Positions 25,969 to 26,667 of a DNA stretch of 26,667 bases are shown one piece after another. Location of the stretch: IMG/VR virus record IMGVR_UViG_3300008119_000142, positions 1 through 26,667 of that record, one strand, 5' to 3'. Both the position numbers and the translations under genes were made by a program. Position 1 is the first letter of the stretch. Each line of letters starts with the position of its first letter. The stretch comes from a virus. Its lineage: Duplodnaviria; Caudoviricetes. A model generated the notes under the pieces. That model was not told the DNA's origin and made no database searches. It saw only the letters and a list, made by a program, of their open reading frames with translations.

Positions 25969-26478
25969 ATGAAAACATCAAGTATAATATTAGTTGGAGT
26001 TTTAGGAGTAGGCGGTGTAGGCGCTTATATGTTCTTGAAAAACAAAAAAGCACAAGATGCTTTATTATCTGGTTCGTTACCAGCAACTAATCAAGGGGGT
26101 GGCTTTGTAGGCACACCTACAACAAGTGGCACTACTGCAAGCGGAACTGCCACAACACCAAGCGGAACTGCACCACAATTATCAACTACAAGCGATGGAG
26201 TAAGTCCAAGCGATGCTAACCTTAATTTGGCTAACGCTACTGTTTTGGTAGGTGATAGAAAAAGAATAGTAAGCGCAACAAAGGTATCTTGTTTGAGAGG
26301 TGGTTCAATACCATCTGGTGGCGGTTTTGGATTAGGAAGTTCTATGTCGGTAGGCGCAATTACTGCATCATGTGAAAGTTCAAAACAACTTGCAAAAAAA
26401 CAATTAGTTGAATTAGATGCAAAGTTGGCTAAATTAGGCTACAAAGTAGATGCAACTGGTTCATTAGTAAGAATTTAA
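25969..26478 (+). CDS. N-anchored membrane protein, paralog 2
   Basis: TM segment; T/S/G linker; LNLANATVL...LAKLGYKVDATGSLV. Confidence 0.8.
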   Translation: MKTSSIILVGVLGVGGVGAYMFLKNKKAQDALLSGSLPATNQGGGFVGTPTTSGTTASGTATTPSGTAPQLSTTSDGVSPSDANLNLANATVLVGDRKRIVSATKVSCLRGGSIPSGGGFGLGSSMSVGAITASCESSKQLAKKQLVELDAKLAKLGYKVDATGSLVRI

Positions 26479-26480
26479 TT

Positions 26481-26667
26481 ATGAAAACAACAAACATCAT
26501 ATTGTTAGGAGTTGTGGGTGTAGGCGCAGTAGGCGCTTATATGTACATGAAAAACAAGCAAGCGCAAAACGCTTTGTTAACTGGCTCGTTACCAGCAACT
26601 AATCAAGGAGGTGCTACAACACCAAGTGGTACTAATACAAGTGAGGCAACACCGCCAATCGTAAAAG
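26481..26667 (+). CDS. N-anchored membrane protein, paralog 3 (3'-truncated)
   Basis: MKTTNIILLGVVGVGAVGAYMYMKNKQAQNALLTGSLPATNQGG is nearly identical to the start of 25969. Confidence 0.85.
   Translation, partial: MKTTNIILLGVVGVGAVGAYMYMKNKQAQNALLTGSLPATNQGGATTPSGTNTSEATPPIVK

Larger units (their letters stand above)
1..26667 (+). mobile_element. Segment of a probable tailless (Varidnaviria/Singelaviria-like) membrane-containing bacterial virus, likely Bacteroidota host
   Basis: Unidirectional compact genes, packaging-type ATPase, holin/endolysin, many tiny TM proteins, no housekeeping genes, no terminase/portal/tail genes seen. Confidence 0.75.

Noticed and set aside
1-26667. Eukaryotic giant virus origin or alternative genetic code
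   Set aside because: Peptidoglycan hydrolases, holin and overlapping operon-like genes indicate a bacterial host; the standard code gives near-complete coding density.
1-26667. tRNA, rRNA, integrase or transposase
   Set aside because: None recognisable; intergenic gaps are short and AT-rich.

Overview
AT-rich, gene-dense window with essentially all real genes on the + strand, tightly packed or overlapping (TAATG/ATGA junctions). It reads as part of a bacterial virus genome, probably with a Bacteroidota host (TAnnTTTG promoter boxes, A-rich starts without Shine-Dalgarno, a CarboxypepD_reg-like domain). No terminase, portal or tail gene is recognisable. Instead there is an A32/P9-type FtsK-HerA packaging ATPase, a beta-rich 232-aa major capsid protein candidate with its own terminator, and about 24 small membrane-anchored proteins, suggesting a large tailless, internal-membrane virus. 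The left part encodes a polyvalent ADP-ribosyltransferase-like protein, a MoxR AAA+ pair and modular proteins punctuated by about 20 [FMYL]xxGG motifs. The structural proteins share a second motif, [FYL]xN[AF]xG. Both may be proteolytic maturation sites, and an HExxH protein is a candidate protease. Several junctions look like sequencing or assembly indels. All family assignments come from motif recognition by eye, not database searches.
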